Shown here one piece after another: positions 1 through 12,564 of a stretch of DNA of 64,000 nt. The notes under the pieces were generated by a model. The model was given only the letters and a program-made list of their open reading frames with translations, had not been told where the DNA came from and ran no database searches. Source of the DNA: Trichodelitschia bisporula. Lineage: Eukaryota. Position 1 is the first letter of the stretch, and every line of letters starts with the position of its first letter. Where the stretch lies: contig ML996704.1 of assembly GCA_010356995.1 (NCBI GenBank), positions 620,001-684,000 of the forward strand, given 5' to 3'. Made by a program: the position numbers and the translations under genes.

Positions 1-30
1 TCTTGTCTTTTGCTATACTGACAGTTCTAG

Positions 31-3000
31 ATCCCACCAGTGTGCTATCCCGTTCCAGAAAGACCATCAAGCTCAAAATCGGGGTCATCTGTGCCCCAAA
101 GTCCCCCGCCTGACCCAGCACTTGCCTCCAGGCCACATACCGATCTCCTCCGAGAATTGCGGAATCTCCTCCCCGACATGATAAATATGATCATCAGCAT
201 CTACGCGCGTTCCGGCAACTTCTCGGGCGAACCTGTTCCTCAGCTTGTGTTCTCCGAGTTCGTCATCCGCTCCGCCAAAATTCTGACTGCAATCAATCTT
301 GCAGGGGGTGTTCTGAGCAAAGATGTTCTCCAGCATGTTGTTAGGGATACCCCTTTAGAGGCATACGTACCCGACCTCTCCATCACTAGGGCAAGCATCC
401 ACCCATCAAGATCATCGATAGCCGACCTTCTTCTTCGGGCTATTCCGGAATCGTCTGAGCAATCGGGAATAACGCCACTGGACCAAGTCCTTGTTCTGGC
501 TGGCATAGCATCTGCGTTTTCCACACTCGGATTCCAGCGCAAGAAGGCAATGCTGATGAAGGAATACCTTTCAGCGCTAACACAGGCGCTAGTACAGGCG
601 AAAAAGCAGAGCGCCGCGGAAGCTGGAATCCACCCCTCTGCTAATCTGACAGCTGCTGCTACCGCACTAGCTGGAGAAGCCGAAAGTGGCATCGAGGAAG
701 TCCTCAATCTATTATGCCAGGTCTATGGTATCCCGGAGTCGAAATGGTCCCGCTCCATCGGCTCAGATGCCTTGCTGCAAGATCCATCCGAACCTTCCGG
801 TAGGCAAGAAGCTACAATCCATAAGCCCGCCCCGCTACCGGAGCAGCTTGTCGGCAACTTCGTCCTACGCTTCTTCGGCAGCATAAATGTGAAGACCGAT
901 GTGTTGAAGACATGCATTGAGCTTTGTGAGGCCCTACCCGATTTTCACGGCATCTTGCACTACACGTCGGCACTGCTGCGCACTGCCGGACCGGGGATTG
1001 CGCCGAGCACGGATACGAGTGACGTTCTCGTCACACTATCTAAGGAGGAACAGATTCTGCTCGCGAACAGAATCACAAAGACCGTTGCCGATGGCAGAGC
1101 TCTGGGTTTGCGCGTCGAAGCTGAATACTGGGACGAGTTCCTTGTCCGAGGAATCTACCTTGTCAGGCCGGAACAACCGCTCGTCTTGCATCCTCACCGG
1201 AGATCAGACGCCGAGATCCAGAAGAAGGCCGAGAAGCGTGGTCCCTTCATCCACAACCCCTTTCTGGAGAAGAGAGAAGCCAAGGCTGAAAATCTGCTGG
1301 TCGCTGGGGATACAAGCGAGTTCGTAGTCTTGCTCCAAAACCCTTACGATTTCGACGTCGACATAGAGCACATCAAGCTCATCGCCGAAGATGAGTGTTT
1401 TGCATCCGCTCAGAACCTAGCTTTGAAGCCGTACCGCACGCAGAGCTTCTCGGTATCGGGTATCGTATCGAAGACAGGAGAGTTATTCATCGATAGCTGT
1501 ACCGTCAAGGTTAAGGGATGCCGTGAGCGGAGCTTTCCCATCTTCAGCGAACCGTGGGCACCGCAGAGCGATATTAAGCTGAAAAGCGTCGGCCTCCTCA
1601 AAGCCCAGCATCCTCCCGCTTCTCGCCCAACCTCTGACGCATCCATTTTTGGGCGTCAGACTCCTGCACGCTCATTCCCAATCCCCTCTACTGTCTCGCT
1701 GGCCGTCATACCAGCGCAGCCCTCCGTCACCGTCTCTAAGATTTCGCTTCCCCAATCAGCTCTTATGCTGCTCGAAGGCGAACAACAAACATTCGCCGTC
1801 TCATTCCAAAATACATCGACGACCCCTGCCGACTTCATATACATCTCATTCCGCGATTCGGTCTCAACCGCAATCCAAGAAGCGCTCACGAACAAAACCC
1901 TGTCACCCGCCGAACTCTACGAGCTCGAATACCAACTCACAAAGAACCCAGCCATCCGCCTCCGCGATAACGCACCCGAATCTATCGCACCGGGCGCGAC
2001 AGAGACGTTTACCTTTGAAGTCGTAGGCAAGCCGGGCCTCATCACAGCAGAAATCCAGCTCGATTACGCGCACCTAAGCACGCCTCACACGAAAAACCGA
2101 GGCAATTTCTTCTCGCGAAGCGTCTCTGTCCCAATCGCCATAACCGTCAACGCAGCCATCCAACTCCACCGGCTCGAAATCGTGCCCGTCGCCAGCGAAT
2201 TCTCCTGGAAGGGGCTGGAGGGGATACACCCCTTTTACCGCTCACCGGTGGAAGAAAGCTGCCTCCTCCTCGTCGATCTGCGCAATTCCTGGCCGGAGCC
2301 CCTGGATGTGTGTCTCCACATCCGCTCTGGCGTCGCCGTCGATAACGAGCGCTCCTCCAGTGCAGAAATCATTGCACCAGGCCACACGGTGCGCTTCGCT
2401 CTGCAGCTTCCCAAAATCCACCTCGCCAATCCCTACGCGCGGATCAATTCGCTCAACGAGCGGCAATTCGTCGTCAGCAGCACTGGCCTCAGCCTCACAG
2501 CGGAGCGCTCCCACCGGGAGGTCTTCTGGTTCCGCGAAGAGCTGCTGCGGATGCTAAGCGGGGACTACATGGTTGAAGGGGAAGCAGGCGCGCCCATCCG
2601 GTCCGGAGAAATCGACTTCCGCAGCGTAGTAAGGCTCAATCCGCGCATGGTGGATGTGCTCCGCCTGCCGGATGTCGCGGTGAAAATGAGCGTGTCTGGC
2701 GATGGAGTCAGGGAGAAGGGCGGCGCGTGGAGCGTCCCGGTCGATGGGTTCGTAACCCTGAGAGTTGAGCTGCGGAATCGGGCAAATGAGGCGATTCATC
2801 CGCTGCTGAGGCTGAGGCCTGCCGTTGCGCATCAGCCGCCTGAGGTGGCGCTGGAGCTGGGGAAGAGGTTTGCTTGGAGTGGGGTTTTGCAAAGTGTTTT
2901 GCCGCCTGTGGAGCCTGGGGGGGTGGAGGTGGTTGAGCTGGGGATTTGTGCGCTTGCTGCTGGGGAGTATGAGATCGGCGCTGTGGTGGAGGAGGTTGTG

Positions 3001-3108
3001 GCTAGGGCGGTGGAGCAGGGTGATGATGTGGATCCTGTTGCCCTGTCGGCGGGGAGGGGGAAGTGGGTTTTCGGGAGGGCGTGCCGAATCGTTGCGATAG
3101 AGGGCTAG
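31..3108 (+). CDS. TRS120: TRAPP-II complex subunit Trs120 (HypA/TRAPPC9 family), 5'-truncated; last large exon
   Basis: The exon starts after a branch/acceptor (ctgac...ttctag, 18-30). The 1022-aa ORF contains GFQRKKA, EYWDEFLVRG, PFIHNPF, LQNPYDFDV and DLRNSWP, which are typical of fungal Trs120. Confidence 0.9.
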   Translation: MPPVCYPVPERPSSSKSGSSVPQSPPPDPALASRPHTDLLRELRNLLPDMINMIISIYARSGNFSGEPVPQLVFSEFVIRSAKILTAINLAGGVLSKDVLQHVVRDTPLEAYVPDLSITRASIHPSRSSIADLLLRAIPESSEQSGITPLDQVLVLAGIASAFSTLGFQRKKAMLMKEYLSALTQALVQAKKQSAAEAGIHPSANLTAAATALAGEAESGIEEVLNLLCQVYGIPESKWSRSIGSDALLQDPSEPSGRQEATIHKPAPLPEQLVGNFVLRFFGSINVKTDVLKTCIELCEALPDFHGILHYTSALLRTAGPGIAPSTDTSDVLVTLSKEEQILLANRITKTVADGRALGLRVEAEYWDEFLVRGIYLVRPEQPLVLHPHRRSDAEIQKKAEKRGPFIHNPFLEKREAKAENLLVAGDTSEFVVLLQNPYDFDVDIEHIKLIAEDECFASAQNLALKPYRTQSFSVSGIVSKTGELFIDSCTVKVKGCRERSFPIFSEPWAPQSDIKLKSVGLLKAQHPPASRPTSDASIFGRQTPARSFPIPSTVSLAVIPAQPSVTVSKISLPQSALMLLEGEQQTFAVSFQNTSTTPADFIYISFRDSVSTAIQEALTNKTLSPAELYELEYQLTKNPAIRLRDNAPESIAPGATETFTFEVVGKPGLITAEIQLDYAHLSTPHTKNRGNFFSRSVSVPIAITVNAAIQLHRLEIVPVASEFSWKGLEGIHPFYRSPVEESCLLLVDLRNSWPEPLDVCLHIRSGVAVDNERSSSAEIIAPGHTVRFALQLPKIHLANPYARINSLNERQFVVSSTGLSLTAERSHREVFWFREELLRMLSGDYMVEGEAGAPIRSGEIDFRSVVRLNPRMVDVLRLPDVAVKMSVSGDGVREKGGAWSVPVDGFVTLRVELRNRANEAIHPLLRLRPAVAHQPPEVALELGKRFAWSGVLQSVLPPVEPGGVEVVELGICALAAGEYEIGAVVEEVVARAVEQGDDVDPVALSAGRGKWVFGRACRIVAIEG

Positions 3109-3514
3109 GGGTGTTTCCTCGGGTTGGATGGGGGTAAACTTCATGATGCAGGGTATTCCAGAGACTTTGCGGACAGCAAATTCGTGTCCATATGTACATC
3201 GGCTACTGGCTGTTAGCTTGTTGCGAGCGCTGATAGCCAGCTTGACGCATTGCGGGAGCCTCTATGGGCTCGAATCATGTAAAGCAACGAGATTCAACGA
3301 TCTGCTACAGTCCAAAGAAGTAAACCAGTTCCGTAGAGTTCCAAAATCCAAATCCAATGAGTATCTCTCGTTCCAGAAATAATCCCGTCACCACGATCCA
3401 TATGTGGCGCACCCCCATCGCACCGCCACACCAAATCTCCGCGCCACATCCGCGCCAAACCTCACCTCCAACTTATCACCACCATCACAACCTCCCCCCT
3501 CAATACCCATCACA

Positions 3515-4303
3515 ATGCGTCTATCCACCCTCCTCCTCGCCCCCGCGGCCCTCGCCGCCCACCTAACCATCCAACCCACCCCGCTCCCCGCCACCGTCCC
3601 CCCCTCCACGCACGCCACCCTCCTCGGGCCTTCGTCCTACACCGCGCCGCTCACGCGCACCGGATTCTTCGTTTTCGCCAACGTGTCCTCCGGCTCATAT
3701 CTGCTCACGCTGCACTCGCGCGCCTTCACCGCCGAAACAATCCGCATCGACGTCGGTCCGCCGAGCGCAGATGCGCGCGGCCTGCAACGCGTGGAGGCGT
3801 GGGCTGTGGGCCTGGGCAGGGAGTGGGAGGCTAAGGGGGCGGGACGGGGGGCGGGTGACGGGTATGCGCGGGTGGAAGTCAAGACGGGTGGGCCGAGGGT
3901 GGTGTTTGCTGAGAGGCAGAGCTGTGAGTTGATTGTTGTGGGGTTGGGGAAGGGAGGCTAATGAGAGGGCAGTTTCGGTGTTGAGTCTGTTTAAGAATCC
4001 GATGATTATTATGGCGGTTGTGAGTTTGGGACTTGTGGTGGGGACGCCGTATTTGCTTGAGAATAGTGAGTAGCTTGGGTTGGGGGTACAATGGCTACTG
4101 ATGGTGTTATAGTGGACCCTGAGTCTCGCGCTGAGTTCGAGGAGATGCAGCGGAAGAGTCCGCTTGCTGCGGCGACGAATCCCTCCGCGTTACAGAACTT
4201 TGATCTTGCCTCTTGGATGGCGGGGAAGACGGATGAGCCCGCGGCTGCGGCTCCGGCGCCGAAGCAGATTGGGGGAGGGAAGCAAGGGAAGAAGAGGGCT
4301 TGA
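3515..4303 (+). CDS. EMC7: ER membrane protein complex subunit 7 (DUF2012), 3 exons
   Basis: Signal peptide MRLSTLLLAPAALAA. Motifs GFFVFANVSSGSYLL, SLFKNPMIIMAVV (TM), DPESRAEFEEMQ and FDLASWMAG. Introns ~3924-3972 and ~4066-4112. Confidence 0.88.
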
Positions 4304-4523
4304 GGTTAGATTCATTGGGGGCAGGATGAGTTCATGTGTGAGTATGTTGACTGGCGCGTTTACGTAGAAGAATAGTGAATAGTACAAATCTCCGCGCCTG
4401 CTTGCCTGCGCATCATGTCTATCTTGCCCCCCGTGGCCCCCGTGGCCTGTTGCCATCAACTCGTGCTGCGTCCCATACGCCGTGAACGCCGCCTAAAAGA
4501 CCAGACGCCTTGTGGTGTGCTTC

Positions 4524-6414
4524 TTACTCCAGCTTTCGCCCAATCTCATACGCCAGCCAACCCCCATCCGAATACTCCATAATAACCCGCCATCTCCTCG
4601 GACTCCTTCCATCCCACTCTTCCTGCAAGCTCCCCTGCAATGGCCCAACCGCCATACCAACCATCCACGCCTCGGGCCTCTGCCCGGCCTCTTCCTGGGA
4701 CTTGAGCGGGAGAATCCAGTCCAGCCGCTTGAAGAAAGTGCCATCTTCCGCCTTCCCCAGCGCCCACAGACCGACGCGCCCACTCGGGTTGCCCACGAGG
4801 AGAATACCGAGCTCAGAGATGCAGGCTTGGAAAGGCAGACGCTGCATGTGCGCGTTTAGCGTGGGTTCGCCATCCGGGTAGTCGTCATCGGGAGGCAGAT
4901 ACTCGACCTGCGCCAGGGGGTTGTGGTATTGGACAATCGGTGAGGTATTTGCCCGGAGTTGCGACGGAGATTGGAGGAGGAACGTATCGCCGTCACTGGA
5001 TACGAAAATGGGCACGCGCGGCGGCTGGGTTGGGTGGCTCCCTATGGGCCTGACGCAACCTACGTGCAGTTTTTTATGACTAGGGCAAGTCAGCGCAGAC
5101 CATGCGCAGTCATGCCGTAGTTAGAATGAGAAGGATTAGGTCAGCGTTACACGTACGTCACGAACTCCCTACTATGCTCCCAGAGGTGCGACGCGCTGAA
5201 CGTGAACGGATTCCGGCTTGACCCGCGCCATTCGGAGTACTCCTTCACTTGGTCCGGGTTCAACGAGTAGCGGTTGGTTCCTGGGTAGAGCCCGTGAGAC
5301 GACTTTGTGATCTTATGAGAGGTTGAAGAGTCGGGCACGAAATGCCGAAAGACCGATGCGTTCCAGTCAACACCGCGCGGCGGATGAAAACCCGGCGTGG
5401 GGATGAAGGCTCTAGGGTCGAGAAACGCAATGCTCCAGACTGAATGCGACAAAACTGGACAGTCGCAGACCTGATCGGGGCAGAACCATACGTATTTGTG
5501 ATCAACTGGTGTCCCAGAACCCGAATGCAAGTCCCACATGAAGAAGCGTCCCAGGATGTCACCTGCCATCAGGTATTGCCCATATGGGTCGTCAGGGGTG
5601 TTGCAGAAGGCGATTGCGGGTATGTTGTCGCCGACGCGGCCGAGCCGAACGATTTCATCCCGAGGACGGTCCACCAATAGGAGCTTGAAGTCTGAGGGCG
5701 AATGTTCTTTTAAGGAGAGGCCGAGGGAGAAAACTGTCACATGGGTAGTGTTTGAGCTGACGGCAATTTTCCGCGCTCGGGTATGAACTGCAATCCCCCA
5801 CGCGCTCATGCCGACGTTACGACAGAAGAACGGCTTGAGCCAGGCCGACCTGTTACGGCGCGACATATCCCGGACCATTTCATGCTGGATGCAATGAGTG
5901 TATAAGGCCATGACGTCGCCATTGTCACAAGTGACAATGAGAACCTCTATGTTGCCCAGGAAGGTCACGACCAAGTGGTTGATGAAGTCGCGACCGTCAT
6001 CGTACTGCAAAAGCCAATCCGGGGATTTTGGCAGAAGGATACGCAGCAGCGGAACCTTGGGAAGTGTCTGCTCCGGATAGTTGGGTTGGTAAACGAGTAT
6101 CAAGTGACCTTCTGCTAGAAAGTAAAGGTTGTAGACATGGGACAGGGCAGTCTGGTAGACGTTAGCGGCACAATCCGCGCATAGGGAGACACGACGTTCG
6201 AGATTCAACCGCCAAGGTTTATATAACGGCTTAAATGAGCGATCTCCGGCTTTTAGAGGACGAGGAAACTGAATGGTATCAGCTGCTGATGCGAATACCA
6301 GGCCTCTTTGATACTCACCCGCTCAGAGCCCTTTTGCGCACCCACGGGCTTCACCCACACCTCCTTGCAGCGTAAAGCCTCCTGGTCCAAATTCCGGGGA
6401 GTTGCCTTTGGCAT
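4524..6414 (-). CDS. CRT10: CRT10-family WD-like protein, multi-exon
   Basis: ATG at 6414. Motifs WRLNL..TALS..YNLYF, INHLVVTFLGNIEVLIVTCDNGDV and SAWGIAVH..RKIAVSSN. The C-terminal exon (ORF 4524-5015) contains ELGILLVG and RRWRVIMEYSDG. Confidence 0.8.
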
Positions 6415-6767
6415 GTCGAATTCTACGCCCTTAAAGTCATTAAAAGAATTGCTGAGTAGATACGTTGTAGGAAGAAAGATGAGCGCCCGGTGGGCTTGAG
6501 ATGTTAGTGGTCACTGTCACGTGATACCTATGCTCCCTCCCACGATGGTTGATGAACTTGGGTTGAGGTTTGGCAAGAAACGGGAAAGGCAAGGGAGAAG
6601 GCAGTTTTGATGAGGAAAGCTTCATTGCACCAGCGGTAATGACCTAATTAAGAGGTGGACCATAATTGCCCACTTTCCCCATGTTCCACAGCGCATGGAG
6701 CACAAAAAAAAAAAGACCTGTCGCATTCAAACGTATACGAGCGACAAACTCCTGACTAACCAAGGGG

Positions 6768-9205
6768 CTACTTCATCAAATCCTTCATCGTCGCATACAT
6801 CAGGTCTCGTATGCCTCCCGCTCCATGCTCAGCCAACCAGTCCAGCATCATCACTCGATACTCCCGCCAACCCACTTTGATCCCCTCCCTCTCTAGTCCC
6901 ACCAGCGCCCTCCTAGTTACCGGCCCAGTCAACTTTCCCCTTTCAATGTCTCGGAAAGCACGAGCGCAGAGGCCCGCAAGCACGGGATTAGATCCAAAGC
7001 TCCACGTCGTCGGCACGCTATACTCAGTATCTAGCCGCACGAGATAGGCCTGTAGCGCTGCTACCACAGCGGGATGAACAAGACACCCCATGGCGTTTGC
7101 ATCCGTTGTGACTAGTGCACGCGACCGCCAGAGCAGGTTGCACGCATCCATGAGGTACCCGTTAAAGGTGCCTGTGTCGACTGGGCTGCGCACGCGGGAA
7201 TCGCGCAGTTGCGCTTCGAAGCCAGCTTTGCATCTTGCAAGGATGGCTGAAGTTCGTGAGAGAGCGGCTAGAGAAGACGAAAGGAGAAGGAGGTAGGCGG
7301 TTGGCGGAGGTGGGATGATGATCGGGAAGAGGTGAGGGTTAGCGGGTAGGGCAGCGGCGAGAATGGCAGTGGTACGGTCGTAGAAGGTGAGAACGGCAGA
7401 GGCGGATGACGGGACTTGGAGGAGGGCAGAGAGTGCGAGAGTGGAGATATGGTTTAGAAGGGCGGTTAGGCATGATGCGGTTTGGGTCGGGGAGGTCGGT
7501 GTGATGGCGCCATACCAGCGGGTCACGAGGGCAGCATAGAAGTCGAAGAGCGTCTGAAAGGGAGAATGGGCACCGCTAAGGATGGCGCGTTCGAGAGGTG
7601 AAAGGAGCTTCAAGTAGATTTCTGGTATGTGAGCGGGGCATTGATGTAGGATAGAACTGGGACGTACGTGAGAAGTCTTGCGGCGGGACGTAGCTCAGGA
7701 GATCAAGAATCGAGCCCAAGTTCGATGATCCATCCCAATGAGGGATATATTGGATCAAAAAAGCTTGCACGAGCGGACAGAGAATCTAGGCGCGTGAGTG
7801 TAGCTCGAAAACCGACGTCAAGCCATACCTTTGTAGCTTCAGTATAGCTAATAAGTCCGGAAAGCAAGCTGGGAAGGGATGTTGAAAGACCGAAGCCCTC
7901 TTTAATACTCTGCAACTCCTCATCGAAGTATTGAAGTAGCCAAAACCGTAACCTGTCCGGGACGTCCGAAGACAAACCTAACATCAAGTACTTTTGGAGC
8001 AGTGGATCTGTGAGTCCGGCGACGATCTGAGACGGCGGATCTATTCGCTCGAGGTTCTCGACGAAGTGCTCCGCGCTATCGATCTCCTCGAGAGTGACAG
8101 ATGTCTAGCTGGTTAGCCTCCGGGAAATCTGAGCCGCCAAATGTGCATATATACCTCATTTGCGTGAAACGTGTGGACTTCAGGAATGACAGAGTTTTTA
8201 CTCCTCTTTGTCAAGTCCCTAGCGACACGGAACCCACCTCGCGGTCCACTTCCGAGCTGACCCCAAGATGTGGCATCCTGAATCGCAATAAGCCTCCTCC
8301 GCCACTCTGGATCCGGTTGCTGTTCAAGTCAACTTTGTCAAAAAATATCAAGAGAGCACGAACCGAAAGCGCCGACGCCCGTCCGCTGACGGTGCTTCCG
8401 ACGATGATCTCGGGGTAGTAGTTCTGGTAGACACGCAACAGGCCGATCAACGCAGGCTCATTACCGACCCACCGACAGAGTTCGAGACTGGTTTGTGAGT
8501 GACGTCAAAGATGGCAAGGAGTGACTTACAGGCGATGGATGCGAAATGGTCGGACATGTTTCCGCCTAGCGATGAGTGAGAGTAAATGGCACAACGGCGT
8601 CCTAAGTCATCAGTGATGCCCGATTCTCAAGGAGCGTGCCACTTACCGCAGCGTGAACATGTCGAGCAGGTTGAAGAGCACGCCATACAACCTGCCCAAG
8701 CAGGCTTCATCCTCAAACACATCGTGCGTAGCAATCAGCCACTTCACGAGCGCAGTTTGGGTGGTAGGCGAAGGATTGCGCTTCCCGTTGCCAAGGGCAC
8801 CTACAACGGAGTAGACGATGTCGGACGGAACCTTTTCGGAGGGGAAGAGGTTCTTGATCAAGGCAGTGATGCTCGCCTGATCGAGTTCATTCCGTACGCT
8901 AACAGCAGCGATGACCCGGGCCAGCTCATCTTTCTTTAAGCCCTGCACATTGGCGTGATCGATGATTTCGTTGACGGTCACACCGAGCTTGGTGTCGCGG
9001 AGCTTTGAAGGTGTTTTCGCGGCTATCAATATTAGAAAGAACTGGAGATAGAGTGTCTCGAAGCATAGAAAAGCTACTGACCCGTTTCCAAGGTGCTGAG
9101 GGCGTCTGCCAGCTCGTCCTGCATGGCATCTGCCCGCATTAGCGTTACGCGTATCTTTGGAAGATCTCATGTTTGCATGGTACCGTCATCGAGGTCGTAC
9201 GCCAT
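6768..9205 (-). CDS. mis6: Inner kinetochore protein Mis6/CENP-I (Ctf3), many exons
   Basis: Exon ORFs carry LDQASITALIKNLFP, ALVKWLI, LYGVLFNLLDM, HLLSLIARRKHVRPFR, GLLRVYQNYYPEII and FNGYLMDACNLLWR. The first micro-exon has its ATG at 9205. Confidence 0.88.
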
Positions 9206-11238
9206 TTCCTCGTACAAGCGGCGACGCGCTGTAGTTGGCGAGAATGCTCCGAACGGCTCTTTTCCGCGTGGTGTGGCGTGGTTGTGGTGATGATCACTTT
9301 TCTTGGCCGTCAATAACCACCGTTCTCCGACTTCCTGTTTGCTCCCGCGATATCTTCACGTTCGAATCGCAACCTTGTGCATTGAAGATTTTATTTCCCC
9401 TTTCGTAAGTCTTCCGGGTAGCGTGTTGTATCACAAGGCTCACAAGCAACTGCAGATGCAATGCTTCAGCGCGTCGTAAACAACCCCCCTTCAAATCCGA
9501 CGCGTCATTGGCCCCTCCCCCAGGAAGAGCTGATCACGAAACACGTTTCTTGCACCTCATTTCATTGATCAACGACCTACAGCTCCGGACTATTCCATGC
9601 ACCATGTGTCAATTGAAGAAGAAAAATAAACGGCGACGTCGCACAGCTTGAGCCATAAGCATAGGCAAGTCAGCACTGTTCTGGCCAACACTGGACATCA
9701 ACCAGGCAGTCTATCGCAGCACGCCTCCTCATCATCGACCGGTATTGTCAGCCCTCATGGCCGCCTTATGGAAAATTACGAGCCAATTCATGCAGCTCAT
9801 GCTAATACAGAGGACGAGTCTTGGTGGACACGAACTGTCTTACTCTGTTACGAGTAATTCCACGCCATCTACTACATGAACTCATCGTCGACTGCGAGAT
9901 ACCCGGCCCATGGCTTCACCTCCTCCCCTCGAGGCATTTCAATCAGCCCACTCGTGCGACGAACACCATGCTCACTCACCATGCCTCCGCTGATCCTCGC
10001 AAGCATCAGCACCCTCGACCTGGCGGTCCCCGTACCCGTGCATCCGGGGAGCCAGGCTCCAATCCCATTCCCTACCGGCCTCATGCAGACAGCCACTCGC
10101 GAACCACGGCTCGAGAACCACCTCTCGCAACCCCTACCAACCTCGCGAGGATCCCATGCGCCGAGAAAACACCAAACTCCATCAGTAGTACGCCCTCCAA
10201 TACTGCTTAGCCCGCCACGACTCTTCAGCATGCCTTCACCTTCACCTGCATATATATCTCTCCCCTCCGCGCCGCGGCACCCGCTCGTGTAACGCTAACC
10301 GCCACGACGATGCACCATGCCGGTCTTCGGCAGCAGCAAATGCACCAGCACCACCAGCCTTGCGGACGCCCTCTCCGCATATCGGCTCTTGGCGTCGAAC
10401 ATCGCATATTGGCGCGCACAAGACGCACCCTCTGGGCACTCGCTCGCGATGAATATCCATCCACTAGCAGTAGAAGCGGATTTGATTCCGCCCTTTCCAC
10501 CTATAAGTTGTTTCAGATCGCGCGCCTTGTTGATGTTACGCACGACATTGCGTATCTTCAACTTATTTGCATCTCGGATGCTCAACCGCACGCGCGTCTC
10601 ATGCTTCCCGTCCCTTCTTTGTCCCCCTAGCGTACCTAACCGGCCAAAGCAGTTTTCACTTTGCCCGACGCTATTGGGCCGCATCTGGTTCTTGTTTTTC
10701 GCCCTGTCCCGGATCCATTCTTTCCCCTGATCAAACTATCATAGCGCCCAAATTTCAGGAAGGATTCCCGCTGCAAAACGTCCTTACGCAGCATTATAAT
10801 TGGCCCCTCTCCACCGAATTTCCTCACCACGCGACCAAATCGGTAAGGCTGCTTGGCTCACTCGCTAGGCATGCCTGCCGCATACATCGCAGCGCCACAA
10901 TACGCTATTTAGCCAACTCTCTCTGCCCACGCGAGCGGCGCGGTCCTAAGCTTCCCGCCGTAGTATGAAGCCCCCCACACAAAGTCCTTGCCGCCCTCCG
11001 GCGCTAACATAGTACAGCTCAAAATCTACTCTAAGTATACAGGAAACCCATGCCAGGCATGGCGCGGCCACGCCGGTTGTCGGCGCGCCACCTCGCTCTC
11101 AAACCCATAACCAGTGACCCGCCCACGGCCGCGCTCTGCAGGAGACCACGTCTTTCCCCGCCGACACCCACGTTACACAACAGCAGCTCTACCAGCACAC
11201 CGGCAACGACGACTCTGCCACCCGTCCTCCTGTACACC

Positions 11239-11676
11239 ATGCCCAGCGCCTTCGACGCCCTCCCCGCAAACAGCTACATCCTCCTCCTCACCCCCGTGCT
11301 GCCCCCCTCAACGCACGCGGCCTCCCAAGTCGACCCCTACGAACCCTTCGGCGTCTCGCTGAACACGCGGCGCCGAAACCTGCGCCACGCGCCGTATGTG
11401 CCCACGCGTGGGCTCACGCAACTGCACACTACGTTCCTCGCGGACCCGTTGTGCGGCGGCGTGGTCGCTGTGCTGGCATGTACGGGCATGCAAGGCGAGC
11501 AGGAAAGGGCTTTGCTTGAGGTTGGGCGCTGGCTGAATGGAAGACCCGGGTGTTTGGTTGTCGTGACGGAGGAGAGTGGGGGTGTTGGCGAGGGATTGGG
11601 TTGGAGGGTTGTCAAAACTAGGGGCCTTGGGGGGTTGGAGGTGGGGGCAGTGGTGAGAGGTGTTTTTGGGGATTAA
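11239..11676 (+). CDS. Small conserved fungal protein resembling the C-terminal domain of fungal GH3 beta-N-acetylglucosaminidases
   Basis: CACCATG start; the ORF can extend upstream to 11050. Motifs ILLLTPV, DPYEPFG and RHAPY recall that domain. Confidence 0.55.
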   Translation: MPSAFDALPANSYILLLTPVLPPSTHAASQVDPYEPFGVSLNTRRRNLRHAPYVPTRGLTQLHTTFLADPLCGGVVAVLACTGMQGEQERALLEVGRWLNGRPGCLVVVTEESGGVGEGLGWRVVKTRGLGGLEVGAVVRGVFGD

Positions 11677-12564
11677 AAAAATGGCTCGGAGTCTGGTTGG
11701 TGGAACATTCGGCGAATGAGCTGCTGAATGGTGATGCTGCGGCCGGGACAGAGGATGGAGCGACCAGGGTGAGGGATCAACCGGCTAGCTTGAAGGATTC
11801 ACAGGCGCCCGGAATAGGGGCCAGAGGGGCGGGTAGGGCGAAGAGGAAGGTGCATAGAGGCCAAGGCTGTATACTAGCGGAGATAGAAATCAGATTTGCG
11901 AGATAGTTAGACGTATCTGCGTGCACATTCGCATGCCTTGATGTGGGAGCTTTGGAACTTGCTTCTTCGCAGTAGTCCAGATGTCGTTGTATATGCACTG
12001 AGTGCGACTGCGCCTCACTTTGTTGTACGTAAATCTCGCAACCGATGTCGGCCGGACCACACGTACAGCTTCAGTCCTGATTGAGCGATGCTCTACGCGG
12101 GGTATGCGTGGGGTCGTAGGTGCCAAGATTCTGTACTATGTGCACAAGGAAGAGGAAAAGGAACGCGACAGGAGAGCAGGTACATCTCCTGCAGCTCCTG
12201 ACCACAGATCTCCACTTGTTGTCCAGCATGTATGCAGCGATAACCTCGAGATGGCCGAAAACCCATGCCAAGGCGCAGTGAGATGACGATGTTGACAGGC
12301 ACAGATCACACCATTTCACCCGGAATTCGAGCCCGGCAAGACGCTACGCACCGAGAGATCTCGGAGTCACCGCTCCGCAAACTTGCAATTGGAACGCGCT
12401 CAGGTGATCCGATCTGCTTCGTCAATCAAGTGCGTCAGGCCGCACACTGGGTCGCAATGCATCTGCGGGCGGGGTACTAGCGTAGCGGTTACGTGCCTTA
12501 TAAGAAGGCGCATGAAACAGGGTATATGAGCAACATACTGCTGAGGAAGTTATATGTACCCTGC

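Noticed and set aside
9300..11050. Several overlapping 100-140 aa ORFs
   Set aside because: No recognisable motifs or coherent exon chain; consistent with chance ORFs in GC-rich intergenic DNA.
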